DNA from: the human T2T-CHM13v2.0 reference genome, Homo sapiens
DNA: 64,000 bases
Assembly: GCF_009914755.1 (NCBI RefSeq)
Contig: NC_060940.1
Strand: one strand, 5' to 3'
The number at the start of each line of letters is the position of its first letter. The first letter of the stretch is position 1. A program made the translations under genes and the position numbers. This document shows, in pieces, positions 24,353-46,199 of the stretch. The notes under the pieces were generated by a model. The model saw nothing but the letters and a program-made list of their open reading frames with translations, was not told the DNA's origin and made no database searches.

Positions 24353-25039
24353 TTAAAAAAATTCACGTGCTTCCACAAAGCAAGAAAATACTTTTTATTT
24401 AATGCAATTTCAACTGAAAATTAACTGCTTGCCTTGCCAGCAGTCTCTTAATATTCTAGTTCTCAGTAGTTGAATAATAATGATATCTTTAGTACAGTAT
24501 GTAAACATGATCTTGGCTAAAAAATCCTAAAGTGCTATTATGACAGGAAATGGAATCTGCCATCCTCTATTTCCCATATACCCAACTTCGTTTCTCCCAA
24601 TGTCACTAAATGGCGGAAGCTCAGAATCTTTATCATGAAATACACCACCACAACAGTAATGGTATTGACAGCATGGGAATAGCCTGCCCACACATACTAC
24701 AAGCTAGCTCTTGGGCTTTTGGGAATCAATCTTTTAAAACTAAACAGACAAGTCACTTTAAGCTTATTAAAGTTTCTATCTACTGATGGTCTCTTTTGAA
24801 AGATAAGCACTCTCATGCTTACCACATAATACCTTCAAAAATCATATTATTTCCAATACACACACAAACAAAATCCCCCACTTAACTATAATGGCCAATA
24901 ATTGTGTACTAAATTTCTAATAAAATAGGGGAGAAAACAGAGCAAATGTTAAAAAATATTTCTATAATATTTAACAACCAATACATACAGGATTTTATTT
25001 AGTCTACCCATAGTTTTCATTAAAAGTATCCTTGGAGGT

Positions 25040-25766
<727 letters not shown>

Positions 25767-26686
25767 CCACCATTCTACCATTCTCAAAGGCCTAAAAGAT
25801 CCTCATAAATCAATATACACCTATCCTATAAATTATGTCCCTTTTATTTTATGTCTGAAGTAATGGCTTTTTATTTCAACTCTGTACAGTCTTCAAACAA
25901 CCACCTTTTAGATATTAAAAATGAAGCAAAGATATTAAACCATTTTGAAACCATATTGGTTTAAAATACCAATATGCTGGTTTCATTTAAGTTCTGACAT
26001 TTCTGCTCAAGTACGCAACTTACTAAAAATTTTATATATCTACATAATCAATATCCTATTTTATCTAGCAACGTGTTCAGCAAAAGTATATGCTCCTAAA
26101 AGCAAGTTTTATCCTAACAGTAAAATTTTCATCAGTTCGATTAAATCTTTTATGACTATATCACACATGCTTCTTTCTCCTTATTCAAAGCAGAGTACAA
26201 TGCCTGGGGTTCATTTCTTGTGTCTTTTCCACTGAACCCTCATTGGATGTGCTACATACAGTGCAGCTAATGTTTGAGGCTGCTGAAGTGTGGCAATCTA
26301 GCTACCTCATTTTTAATTTGTTTATGTTCTTTGATATCAGGCTATCAAAGAATATAAAGGTATACAAGTTTTCATATGAGTTCCATCTTATGTTCAGAGA
26401 AGATTACTTTCTGAGGCTTTTCCTATAGTGTGCTATTCGTAGTATGCTGAAAAACTAAAAGGAAACCCAATAATTTAAAAGTAAAATTATAATAAATATT
26501 ATTTAAAAACGAAAGAATAAGATTTAAAAATTCAGAGTGGCCTTTTGTCATGGGAGGGTAGGGGAGTTGGATGAAAGGAGGATGAGATATAACAGGATTC
26601 CCTACTTTTCTAGTTATTCAAGAAAACAGTCAGACAATATATACATATATACATACATACATACATGCTAAACAAATGAAGGATTA

Positions 26687-26947
<261 letters not shown>

Positions 26948-28238
26948 CTAGATGTGAATTCACAGCATTCTTAATAAGTAGTACATTGTTTTAAATAAAA
27001 AAAAAAAAAACTCTAAAATATTTCAATCAATTCATTTTAGAATAGATTTTTAGGCCTTTAGAAAGAGAACTGTGGCCCATGAGAATATTCATGACTCTAA
27101 ATATAAAAATGGGTTTTACCTAATTATTTCAAAAAGCCAACATTAAACCCAACAGACAACAAATTAAAGAAATAATCTCTTAAATCAACTCAGAAAGCTG
27201 TTAGGGAAAAATAAATTCTAGCACATATGCTCTAGTTATATGTAGGTATAAATGAAGACGGAAGCTTTTGCCACTCCTGAATTAGTTTTTGGCTAAAAAT
27301 CTCATTCTAGGTATTCTTTGAGCCACTCAGCTCAACAGTAAGTCCTCCAAACCAAGAGCATGCACATGAAGAGCAAAGGGAGATTACAAGACCTGGTCTA
27401 CAGATGTGTAATTGAAGAAGTACGATATATGAAAAGGACAAGATTCGCAAAAACTGGGATACTAGAACCAATGTATGCATCTACCTAAAATTAAGCAGCA
27501 AAATAACAGAAGAGAATGAGATCTTAAGGATAACAAGGGGAAGCATCTCTACAAACTAGAATGTGTGGCTTATGAGAGGTAAATCAGCTTTAAACGTGGG
27601 CTGTGAAAAAAAGACGTTCTAGGTGTGGGGGCAAAGAAAAAACAACACAGAAGCGAAACACTTCCTTGCTTTTCTAGGAAAGAGTAAACAAATCAGTACA
27701 GCTAAAGGTACTGAATTCCTGTCGACTACAAGCAGCAAAGATGAAAAAAACAAAATGAGGCTAAAATCTTTATGGGAGCCTTGATTGGTTGATCTGAATA
27801 GGGGAGAAACACAAAGAGATTCAGATAAGAGATGGCACAGAGTTAAGCCACGACAGTGGGGCCAGAAAAGCCAAGTGCCAGTAACAGAGGCTTCAGCAGC
27901 GCTCTTAAAGCTCCTATGCTATATTCGTACAGCCACAAAAGCTGGCTAAAGCCAAGGCTTGTCCTCCAAAGTACGATTCAAGATCTCCTGTACATATGTA
28001 AGAGGAAAATCTTTAGGGGCTTTTGGTGTTTTGTGTTTTTTTATAACACCACATCAATTTGCTTTAAGACTCTGAAGACCGGGAACAAAAAATAAAAATA
28101 AATAACAAAAAATGTCTTTAGAAAAATACCAGCTACCAAGAGTATGTAAAGCTTTGCGAAATACGAAGCTTGCAACGTTTCTTTTAGTCTCTCCAGTAAT
28201 TCTCCTGGTAACTTAAACACATCTGAAATAAATGTTTA

Positions 28239-28607
<369 letters not shown>

Positions 28608-28671
28608 TTAAAATAAATCTAGCACAATTTAAGATTTTTTCTTAACCAAAATTTTAAGAAACAGCTTTCTA

Positions 28672-28839
<168 letters not shown>

Positions 28840-29638
28840 TTAAAAAAAAATAAGAGGCTTGTTTTAAGAGGTATCTGGTTTTCAAGCAGCATACCCTAAA
28901 ACATGTCCTATATCATAAAATTAAGACTGTTAAACATGCTGATCACAATTAACCAATACCTCTTTAATTAATACCTCTTTAATTTCTGCAGAAATTAACA
29001 GGTAAATGTTATTTCCTTACTTTTTCAGTAAATTTCATATCTATATTGTCACTACACATGACTTAAGACTAAACTGCCACAATCTACCATTGGCCCAGCT
29101 AATCCCAGGGCCACATCTAACCATTAAAGGTGTATACTCATCTCCTCAGTGAAAATGAAACAGGCCACTATCACCTGAATATCCTATTTTCAAAAGTTTA
29201 TTACACCATGTAAGTTACGAGAAACTATGACACTTGAAACAAACTGAAATGTGCAAATGAGCCACGTTAGTCATTCACTTAAACTCCAAAAAAATGGGAA
29301 ACAAAACCATTTCTCATTTATGACAATTCTCCAAATTAACCCTGTATTTCCTTTTTTAAAAAAATTACCAGAAAAACAATAAAATGTGACAAATAACTTG
29401 GATCTTCCATTGTCCACTTCAGGGTATTGCCACTACAATATATTCTTACCATACACTTTCCTACCAGTACAAACTACAAATAACTTGGGTAAGTCCTGTC
29501 TGTACTTACTGTACCCACCTACTAGTAATTTCCTCTGAAAATATATATTTAGCTAACAAGTAATGTTTATTTACAATAAAACATTTCTCTGAATTAGTTT
29601 TCTTGCATTATTAAAGAAATGGTATTGATAGATGGTCA

Positions 29639-29803
<165 letters not shown>

Positions 29804-30151
29804 TCATTTTAAGATATTACTGCCATTCACCTGTGGACCATTTCACAGCAAAAGATCCTAAAAGGAGCATCTATGTTCTACCTACTTGACATTCTAGAAA
29901 CTTAGAAAGGGGAGAGGGGCAGGAAAATAAAAGAACTACATTTCTGACAACAATGAAATAGTTTATTTTCTTCAAATATTTTAAGGTATGAATGTCAGAA
30001 AGAAAAATGCGGTATTTAACCCTGGAACCTCAAATATCACTGATTATATTCAAAGGAGCTGAGGCATTGTTTTCCATCTGTTTCCTCAGATCCTCACACA
30101 CACAACCATCCCCCTCACCCCATGATCTGAAAAGCGGAATGAGGAACTCAC

Positions 30152-30277
30152 CCTAAAATTAGTGCTGAAAATATGAGGGTAACATCGAGCCACCAAAAGA
30201 ATGCACTTAACACATTTACAAAGCAATTCTGGTGTATCCACATTTTCAAGAATAGACTGCAGGCTGGTCATTACAAG
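30152..30277 (-). CDS. SMG1: SMG1 exon 7 (126 nt), LVMTSLQSILENVDTPELL...STNFR
   Basis: ttttaag|CTT...AGG|gtgagt; ORF 30086..30271. Confidence 0.95.
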
Positions 30278-30408
30278 CTTAAAAATAAAAAGTTACAAAC
30301 CGTGAACATTCAACAAAATAGGGAGAAAACAAGCAAATTAGGTTCATTATTTACTGACTACATAAAAAACTGAATATGAGACCAAGAAAAATAGATTCTG
30401 TAGTTTTA

Positions 30409-33825
<3,417 letters not shown>

Positions 33826-33973
33826 TGAGAAAGAGGAATTTTTAAAAAATATTTCCTATCAGTAGATAACCCCTATTCTATGTTTCCCTTCTTCAAGCTC
33901 CCCTCCAAGGACATGTGTTAAGGGACAATTTTCTTCCCAAGTACATCATGCATTTTTCCCCCTTCATTCTTAC

Positions 33974-34187
33974 CTGCATTACAGATGAAAAGGCTTTCTT
34001 TTCTCCTACAGTCTCTAGTGCTTTGTAGGTGGCACATAAGTAGAGGAGTTTAACTTCATCTTTTGCAGATGAGCTAAATTTGCTAAAAATCCACTTGAAG
34101 ATCTTCTCAGCCTCATAGCTCAGAGAAGCACAAAGAAGGCCGAGACAGCAAGCTCCCTCCTGTCTCAACTCCTGAAGCAATTTGCTA
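33974..34187 (-). CDS. SMG1: SMG1 exon 6 (214 nt), SKLLQELRQEGACC...SSVMQ
   Basis: acacag|T AGC AAA...ATG CAG|gtaaga; ORF 33893..34180. Confidence 0.93.
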
Positions 34188-34890
34188 CTGTGTTTATTTT
34201 AATGCAAACAAAAAACACACACAAAAGGCTTAAGTTTTCTATGATGACACGAGTAATACATCTTACAAAAGAATGTCTTAAGTGGTTTTTTAAATTTCTA
34301 TTCAAACTACATAAAAGGTTGAAATTTTCTCCACTCTAAATACTACAGTCTGTCTAGCCTGCATTGCCCTCAAGTATCTGTCTGATATTACTTTCTTTTT
34401 ACAAAATCAATTATTTACAAACAGTGAGGGAAGGCCCAAAAATGCTAAATTCCATCTCAAACTGTATTAAATAACTCTCAGAAAAGGGCAGCAACAAATA
34501 ATTAGATAAAACACACTATACATAACTACATTCTACATAATATCCAATATGTAATGACTATAAAATAAAAAATGGTAATAGTTAAATACAGAAACTTAAA
34601 AGGATAACAGTAATGAGTAACTCTATAAAATAAAACCATCAAAAGGCACTAAGGTTTATGACCAGCTGAGATAAATTTTGGGTACTTGCCAACACTGCAA
34701 ATCTTTGGGAATCACCATAACAAGAAATGACCACACACCTCTGGAGACTCTAATAGCCAGAGAATATATGATTTGGATCCACTCTTACCCAAAGAAGGAA
34801 ACTCCTTTTTACCTCTATTCTCCAAGCAGTTTCAAATTCTCTAGTTTACAAAAACTAATTTTATTCATTCATGCCTGCATCAAGAGTTTA

Positions 34891-35274
<384 letters not shown>

Positions 35275-35464
35275 TCAAGTGGATTCCATTTGTATTCAAC
35301 CGTAATTAACACATAATTAATGCAGATAAAAATGACAAGACCCACTGAAATGTCAATAGATGTTCATAAACAAAGCCAGTGGGTTTGTCTTCTTGTGTAT
35401 TGTTAAGTAATTTCTAAAAATATATTTTAAAGTCATTTAAACTGAACCATTGTTAGTTACTTAC

Positions 35465-35523
35465 CTTTCATTAAGCACGTCATGTACAGCAGCCAAGATA
35501 TTATCCAATTGTTTAACTAGTAC
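35465..35523 (-). CDS. SMG1: SMG1 exon 5 (59 nt), VLVKQLDNILAAVHDVLNE
   Basis: tttaaag|GTA CTA...GAA AG|gtaagt. Confidence 0.93.
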
Positions 35524-36014
35524 CTTTAAAAGAAAACACATTTATAAAAACTTCAAATTCCTATACTTTTAAGAATAGCATTGTGTACTTTTTTACTTGT
35601 CTTCCCCTCCAAATTCTAATTCAACAGTACTTTAGTTTCTTTATTATTCCCACTCCCCAATGAGCATGTATCAGGAATGTCATGTTTCCTTTCAGACTAT
35701 GAAAGAAATTCACCCACTGGAAACACAGAGCTGTGATCATCAACAAAAAAATAAACTCAAAAAGCTTGTTTTATTTACTTTGAAATCCATTTGAAAAATT
35801 GACTGATGGATGGAGGGATAGATGGAGAGACATGTGACAAGGCAGTATTTAGGGTAAAATGTTAACGACAAAAATTAGATGACGGGTTTAACAGATTCAA
35901 TGTCAAATTCTTTCAACTTGCTATATATTTGAACCTTCTCATAATAAAATTTGGAAGGAGGAGAAACTTGCTTTGATCCAAGTGTCATCTGCCTCACTAG
36001 ACCATTTTCATTAA

Positions 36015-36701
<687 letters not shown>

Positions 36702-36819
36702 TTAAGTTCTCGATCATCATAATACAGACTTTCCCCATTCTTAAACTACTCAAGGTAGCATTACCTAGTTTATTATGGAAACACAAAAATCCTCATATTT
36801 CCAAACATACTATACTTAC

Positions 36820-36956
36820 CAGCTTATTTTCTGGTTGCTGAATAAATTCTTTCAACTGCTTTACAGTAGCCAATCTTCGGTCTCTGTCGTCTTCCCGGGT
36901 GATCCTCCGAAGAAGATTCGACAGTCGAGACTCATCAGAATAAGACATCGATCTCT
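36820..36956 (-). CDS. SMG1: SMG1 exon 4 (137 nt), RSMSYSDESRLSNLLRR...ENKL
   Basis: cacag|AG AGA TCG...AAG CTG|gtaagt. Confidence 0.95.
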
Positions 36957-37039
36957 CTGTGAATATATAAACATTTTGTTGTCCATTGAGTATAAATAAG
37001 CAAAGATATTTTTAAATTTTTCAAATTAAAAATTATTTA

Positions 37040-40305
<3,266 letters not shown>

Positions 40306-40652
40306 CAGAAAAGTACCCCCTCTCTATATATATCTATATCCTCCACAGGCCCAAGAGTTCAAGGACTTGCTGTAGTAAGAGCCTACTATGCACTATACAT
40401 TCAATATCCACGATAATTGGGTAAACCTTTTCTGTAAGATCTTATCCAGTCTTCTAATCTTGTTTTAAGAGGCTTCTCTTTTAAAATGTACTATAACCTT
40501 TCTAGTGGGAAATGAATGTAAACAATTTTTACCTGCACAGTAGGCTAATCAACTTATGCCTGTGCAAGGCGTTAGTAAGAGGCATCCAGAATAAGAGGAG
40601 ATACAAGTCTTTGGAAGGTGTATGTGATTGGTCCCCGTTTTCCCAGCCTTAC

Positions 40653-40808
40653 CCTGTGATTTCCTCATGTCTTTGGTGGCTAAAGCACGACTGCCATGCT
40701 GAACACTGGTGAACTCAGGGCTGGTCACATTGTTAACCCTCAGCTCTTGCCCCAACGACTTCCGACCATAAGTATTTTCCCCAGATCCTCCATTGACACT
40801 GTAGCCAC
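40653..40808 (-). CDS. SMG1: SMG1 exon 3 (156 nt), GYSVNGGSGENTYGRK...MRKSQ
   Basis: ttgtag|GT...CAG G|gtaagg; ORF 40549..40821. Confidence 0.95.
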
Positions 40809-41393
40809 CTACAAACAGCAATGTGTACGTTATTTAAATATGATTGTTCGTTTCATTCAGTCAATTTCCTGATAGCTCAGGATCTTATTACTCAATCTGC
40901 AGCTCAACCAGCCTTTGCTTCTCCTACCTTTTTCCTGTACTGTCTGCCTTGAAAATCATTTTGATTTCTTTTAATACACCTTTGAAGTTAAATTAATTTT
41001 ATTTTGATCCCTTCATTGGAAAATAAGCAAAGAAATGAAAACTAAATTAAATCAAATTTTGTACCTTGTTTTAAAACTTTCTTGAAGTTTAGAGATAGTA
41101 GCCAAGAGGAACTTCAACCTTAGCTAAATATTTTTGAAAATAAAAACAAAAATAGTATTGTATCTTCCTTGTAAGAAAACTGCATTTATGAATTATGTAT
41201 GGAAAAAATTTTAAATTTTAAAAATAATAAAGTGGATAAATGTCCTATGAGGTTTTCAGAAATAACACTGCATTTGTTATTCATATTTTAAATATATTAG
41301 AAGAAAGCAAGAAAGTTGGGGGTATAAGAAGGCAGGAAGGTGAGACAGGTAGGTTCAAAAAACATGCTTGTAGCAATAAGAAAATATATATAC

Positions 41394-41557
41394 CCTTTTC
41401 GTCATTCTGTATGTCAGCGTGGACTCTGGTATCATCGTGCCTTTGCCGAGACACCACAGCTGAATTTGAAGGTTGCAGTCCATAAGAGGAAGAACCACCT
41501 CTATCTCTGGATGAAGAATATTTTAAATTATCTGGGTCGGCTGATGCACTATCAGTT
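41394..41557 (-). CDS. SMG1: SMG1 exon 2 (164 nt), (R)TDSASADPDNLKY...IQNDEK(G)
   Basis: tttttatag|A ACT GAT...GAA AAG G|gtatat; translation matches recalled SMG1 N-terminus. Confidence 0.95.
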
Positions 41558-43439
41558 CTATAAAAAGAGAAAAGTTTAAGATTAGAACTTTAAATAACAT
41601 AAATAAATATTTCTTTATACAAGCCTCTCTTTTCCCAAATTTTACATTTAACCATTACTATTTAGTGTAATATGTACTATATATTATATGTAAGCACTCA
41701 GCTGTCTAATAAGAAGTCTTTCACTGGGAAGAGATTCTCAATGGATGAAATGCCAACTTTTCAGTCTCTTCTATTGTTCTAAAGACCCATTCAGAAATAT
41801 GAACAACTACTGGGATTAGGGTGACTTTGCTGGTTTTACCATTGAAAGTCTCCTGTCCCAGGCAAAACAGAACAATTGGTTACTCTGGTCCAGTGTTCTC
41901 CTCACATGACTTGATAATAAGAATAATTCTTTCTAAATTCTCCCCCATGGAGAGGGTTAATCAGTCAAAAAATTTCAGCCTTTCCTGTCATAAAAATAAA
42001 AAACACTGGCAGCATGTCAGGGACGGGCAATGTCTTACCAAGTTATTTTCTAAGTACTGATTAGGTACTGTAGTATTGAAGACCCCATTGCAGATGCCTT
42101 AATTGTAAAGAGTAGCAATCAGAATTTTAAAAATTAAAAAAGAAGACATTTTAAGAAAATAAAAGGTATCAGAAATGCAATAAAGTGATATCAGAAAGTT
42201 GTAGTTCATAATCTATTTAAAATTCAGGTACTGTTTAGAATAATACCTGATGCTAATTTATTAGTAAACAAGTAGGGTACAGCCAAGGGTAAAAGTGTGT
42301 CCTCATCTAAGTATCTGCTCTACGCTTCAACTACCTCATAAGTAAAACAGAGCTGAGTTACAAGACTTCTCATGAGTGTTACTCTTTCAGCCATCAATCA
42401 TAAACTATCAAGAAAGAAGACAACAAAATAATCTATTATAGCATACGAAAAATCCAAGTAAGTTCTTCCCCTACTGATTTTCTCCTGAGAGGAACAACTT
42501 TGAGAAAAAAAAAAAAAAGAAAATCACTTCTATGATATTTACTAAAAATGCTTTCTCAACCTTTTAGAACCTGAATCTTTTAGAAAAGTTTAGGACACTG
42601 GCAAGGCCAGAAACTAAGCTATTCCTCTATGCTTTGCCCCTCCCTCTATGGTGTAAAAGTGACAGCAGTGTTTGTATACTGTATATATTTCGTTTAGAGT
42701 TTATTAGTCTTTCCTTGCTTCCAAAAATACTAAACATAAAACTTAGCATGAGCTCAATCAGTTGGACACCTTGATCTGCACTTACTGCAATCACTGTTAA
42801 TACAGAATGCAGACAACAGGTCCAATTAAACTTGGATATCTAACTGGTACAAGTCATTACTTATAAAGGATCTCAATCTGAAACTTCATGAAATTCAAAA
42901 CCTAGCATACTAAAATGACTAAGGCTCCATAAGGAGTATCTTCTAATATTCAGAGTTCATTTATTCATAAAGCTAAGTACTTAGAACATAAGGGAAAATA
43001 AAATCTATGGAATTTCAAGAAAAATGTATGAGAATATTTTCTGAGTATACTAAGTCTATAAGCATTAAAATATTAACTCAATGGACCATAACTTTTTTAT
43101 ACTAATGAAAAGACATTCCTTATGTACCTAAAAATAGCACATTTAACATGCATCTATATAAATCATAGCATACGATTACTTTCTGAAAGGAGATTGAAAC
43201 ATAAGAGAGCTTATAATCTTTTCTGACAGAGTTTGAACTTTATATGTATGCCACAGTAAGCTCTTATTAGATGAGCGAATAAAATAAGCACTTGACTAAT
43301 TCGGAAACACAAAGATAAATGAAGTCTGCCAATATTTAAACATATCTTCACTTCCTGTTTTCATCATGTTTACTTATCTCCTATACTACCTTTACTATTA
43401 AGAGTTAAATATTTGTATCATTTTCTGGTGACACAGTAG

Positions 43440-43630
43440 TACCATAAGGCAGCAGAGAATACAAGTTAAAAAAAGATCTGGGCTCAAATCCCAGCTCCAG
43501 CACTGAAAAGTATGTGTGCCTTTGCACAAATTACTTGATCTCCAAGCCTTGGTTGTCTCTTGCATAAAATGAGGATGATACCTACCTAACATGCAAGGTT
43601 GTTGTGAGGCTTAAATAAGATAATGAATTA
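43440..43630 (+). mobile_element. MIR
   Basis: ctgggctcaaatcccagctcc...aaaatgaggatgatacctacct...ggttgttgtgagg MIR core. Confidence 0.8.
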
Positions 43631-44591
43631 TAAAGAAACGCTTAGTTTGCAGGGTATGTTAAAAGTTATTATGACCATAATACAAAATAAACTCAGTTTC
43701 CAGTCTAAAAGACAATGTACAAACAGTTCATGAGTATATGAATATAATCAAGACAAGTTTTTACAGTCAATATAGAGCAACTTAAATACTTCACTGAAGA
43801 AACCGGGTAATCTGTTGCTACCAACAATGTGTTTCCAACTACGAAGCATCTGATTTCAAACTAAACTGTAAAACCAGGAGCCGCTTCCCCGTTGGTTAGA
43901 AATAAGGTTTCTAAATCCCCTAAGTTATGAACACTGAGATTTTTTTCCCAAAAAAAATTTGTGTTTTCAGAAATATAACAAAAAAAAACTAACTGGAATA
44001 GAGCCACTGTCTCAGAAATACTTAAAAACTCCCTAGTTGCCAAATTATTTTAATACAAATTGATCAAAGCATCCCCAACCAGAACTCAGGTTGTAAGCAT
44101 TCTGAACCTAAAAGCACAAAATGCTTTAGCATTTATATGAAATTTCTATTTTTATACAATCTTGACTACTTAGGTTTCAAAAAATGTCAATGTCAGGCTG
44201 TTAGCACCAACAAGATCATCCCAGTCCAATAAATAGAAAACTGTTAAAGAACGGAAATGAGCACTTAAAATGAGGCAATCAAAGCCACAAAATAGAAACT
44301 GCAGATTTGAACTCCAAGAAGCAGGCATGAATGTTAGGCTAGTTAGTTAGAAGAGCTGAAAGGGATATCATCTGCCAGAATTAGTGTCTCAATTTAGTGA
44401 AAAAAGAAAATCTATCTGTTAAGTCTAAGAATCCTAGCAATGATCCAAAAATACCTCTACAGCCCCTTTAATATTCTAAAAATATCATGGAGAGAAAAAA
44501 AAAGAAATGCATAAATTTCCCCACAACGATCAAACTGAAGTTAAAGCCTGATGTACATGCCACATGAGAGGTAAGTTTCTAAAGCTCATAC

Positions 44592-44649
44592 CTCAAAAAT
44601 CGCATACTGTATAATATGGAGCCTTTGTGATGTTTTGCATCAAGTCAAT
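44592..44649 (-). other. SMG1: Candidate alternative 58-nt exon in intron 1 (early stop in canonical frame; ATG in frame with exon 2, MRFLR-TDSAS)
   Basis: cactaat branch-like motif, gtcttacag acceptor, GAG|gtatga donor; ATG CGA TTT TTG AG matches the phase-2 start of exon 2. Confidence 0.65.
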
Positions 44650-45837
44650 CTGTAAGACAGTAGTTACAATATTAGTGAAGACAGTGAGTTAAAACATTTG
44701 TTGTTCAAACATGGAGCAAATATCATTCATGAGTTAGGTGCCTTTAGTTGAACTATGGTCCCATTAGGGTTCATACATTTAAAGCAAAAATTGAGGTGGA
44801 AAGCCACTCTGTGCCTTACAGGATAAAGAGGCTTAATGTGGCAACCAAAAAAATTTTAGTACATAAGAGAATTTAAATGTTAACTGTAACATACAAATCA
44901 CATGCAAATATAGTTACCACTTATTTTAGCTACCTATTCTCAATATACAGAAAAATGCCACAAATCTAGGAGGCCATTCGTTTCAAATGACCAGAATCCT
45001 TAGACCTCACACCAACAATCCACCATGTGCTGGGGATGGTATCGCCTGACTAAATGTAGCCTTGCAGTCCATTCTTGTAAGTATTAGAGAGAAAAAGAGA
45101 GAGAGCGTCATCTCTGGAAAGTGTGAAGTCAGGGAATTCCCTACTAGGAAGTATTTCCATAAAGCACCCCAAAATGACTTGATGCAAACACCATACCTAG
45201 TGGTGTCACTGGAGTAAGCATCATATTACTTCAAATTGCTTTTACCTAGGTTTATTAAGGGATTTTGCTCTCATGGTGAGATCTAATTTATAATGGATAT
45301 AAACCAGGAAATGAGATTTGCACTAAAGCCAATGAAGTAGGAATGTACTTATTCTCTAAAGTAGCAAAGATAGTCTCACTGTCACAGAGCAGTTATAGGA
45401 TATGTTGCTTTCCATACTAATGGTTAATACCACTTGAAAATGATTTACCCTTCAAAAATAAATTCAAGGTTTTCCCCTGTAATGCCTCTTACCTGGATTC
45501 AAACATGCTTTAATGAGGAATAAGAGAAAGGGTGAAACTATGAATAACCCTGGGCCTTGTATCATTACATTAAAAACACTGCTCTAAATATGAGTCTATG
45601 GCTAAAATATTAATTTGAGAGGCTCAGGGAATTTATTATACAAATCTCTTCTTGCAGAGAACTTTAAGTTCAAATTTAATAAAACAGAACCATTCCATGT
45701 CAAAATTATAAATGAGTATGCATCAGTTTTGCAATACTGAAATATTAAATTAATATAATTTATTGGTAAAACTAGTTTAACTACCTCAGTATTAAGTGTC
45801 TATAATAACCAAATCTTAATTATCCATTTATGGGTGA

Positions 45838-46125
<288 letters not shown>

Positions 46126-46199
46126 GTCACCAATTTTTAACTGTCTGTCAACTAAACAGCCAATATAGACTGATAAGATATACTTAACTATTGTAAAAT

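Noticed and set aside
35456-35464. Tandem GTAAGTAA donors at exons 5 and 12
   Set aside because: A by-product of the donor consensus; very common
45190-45225. Donor-like CTAG|GTATGG with upstream ATGATG
   Set aside because: ATGs are out of frame with exon 2 and no convincing acceptor was seen
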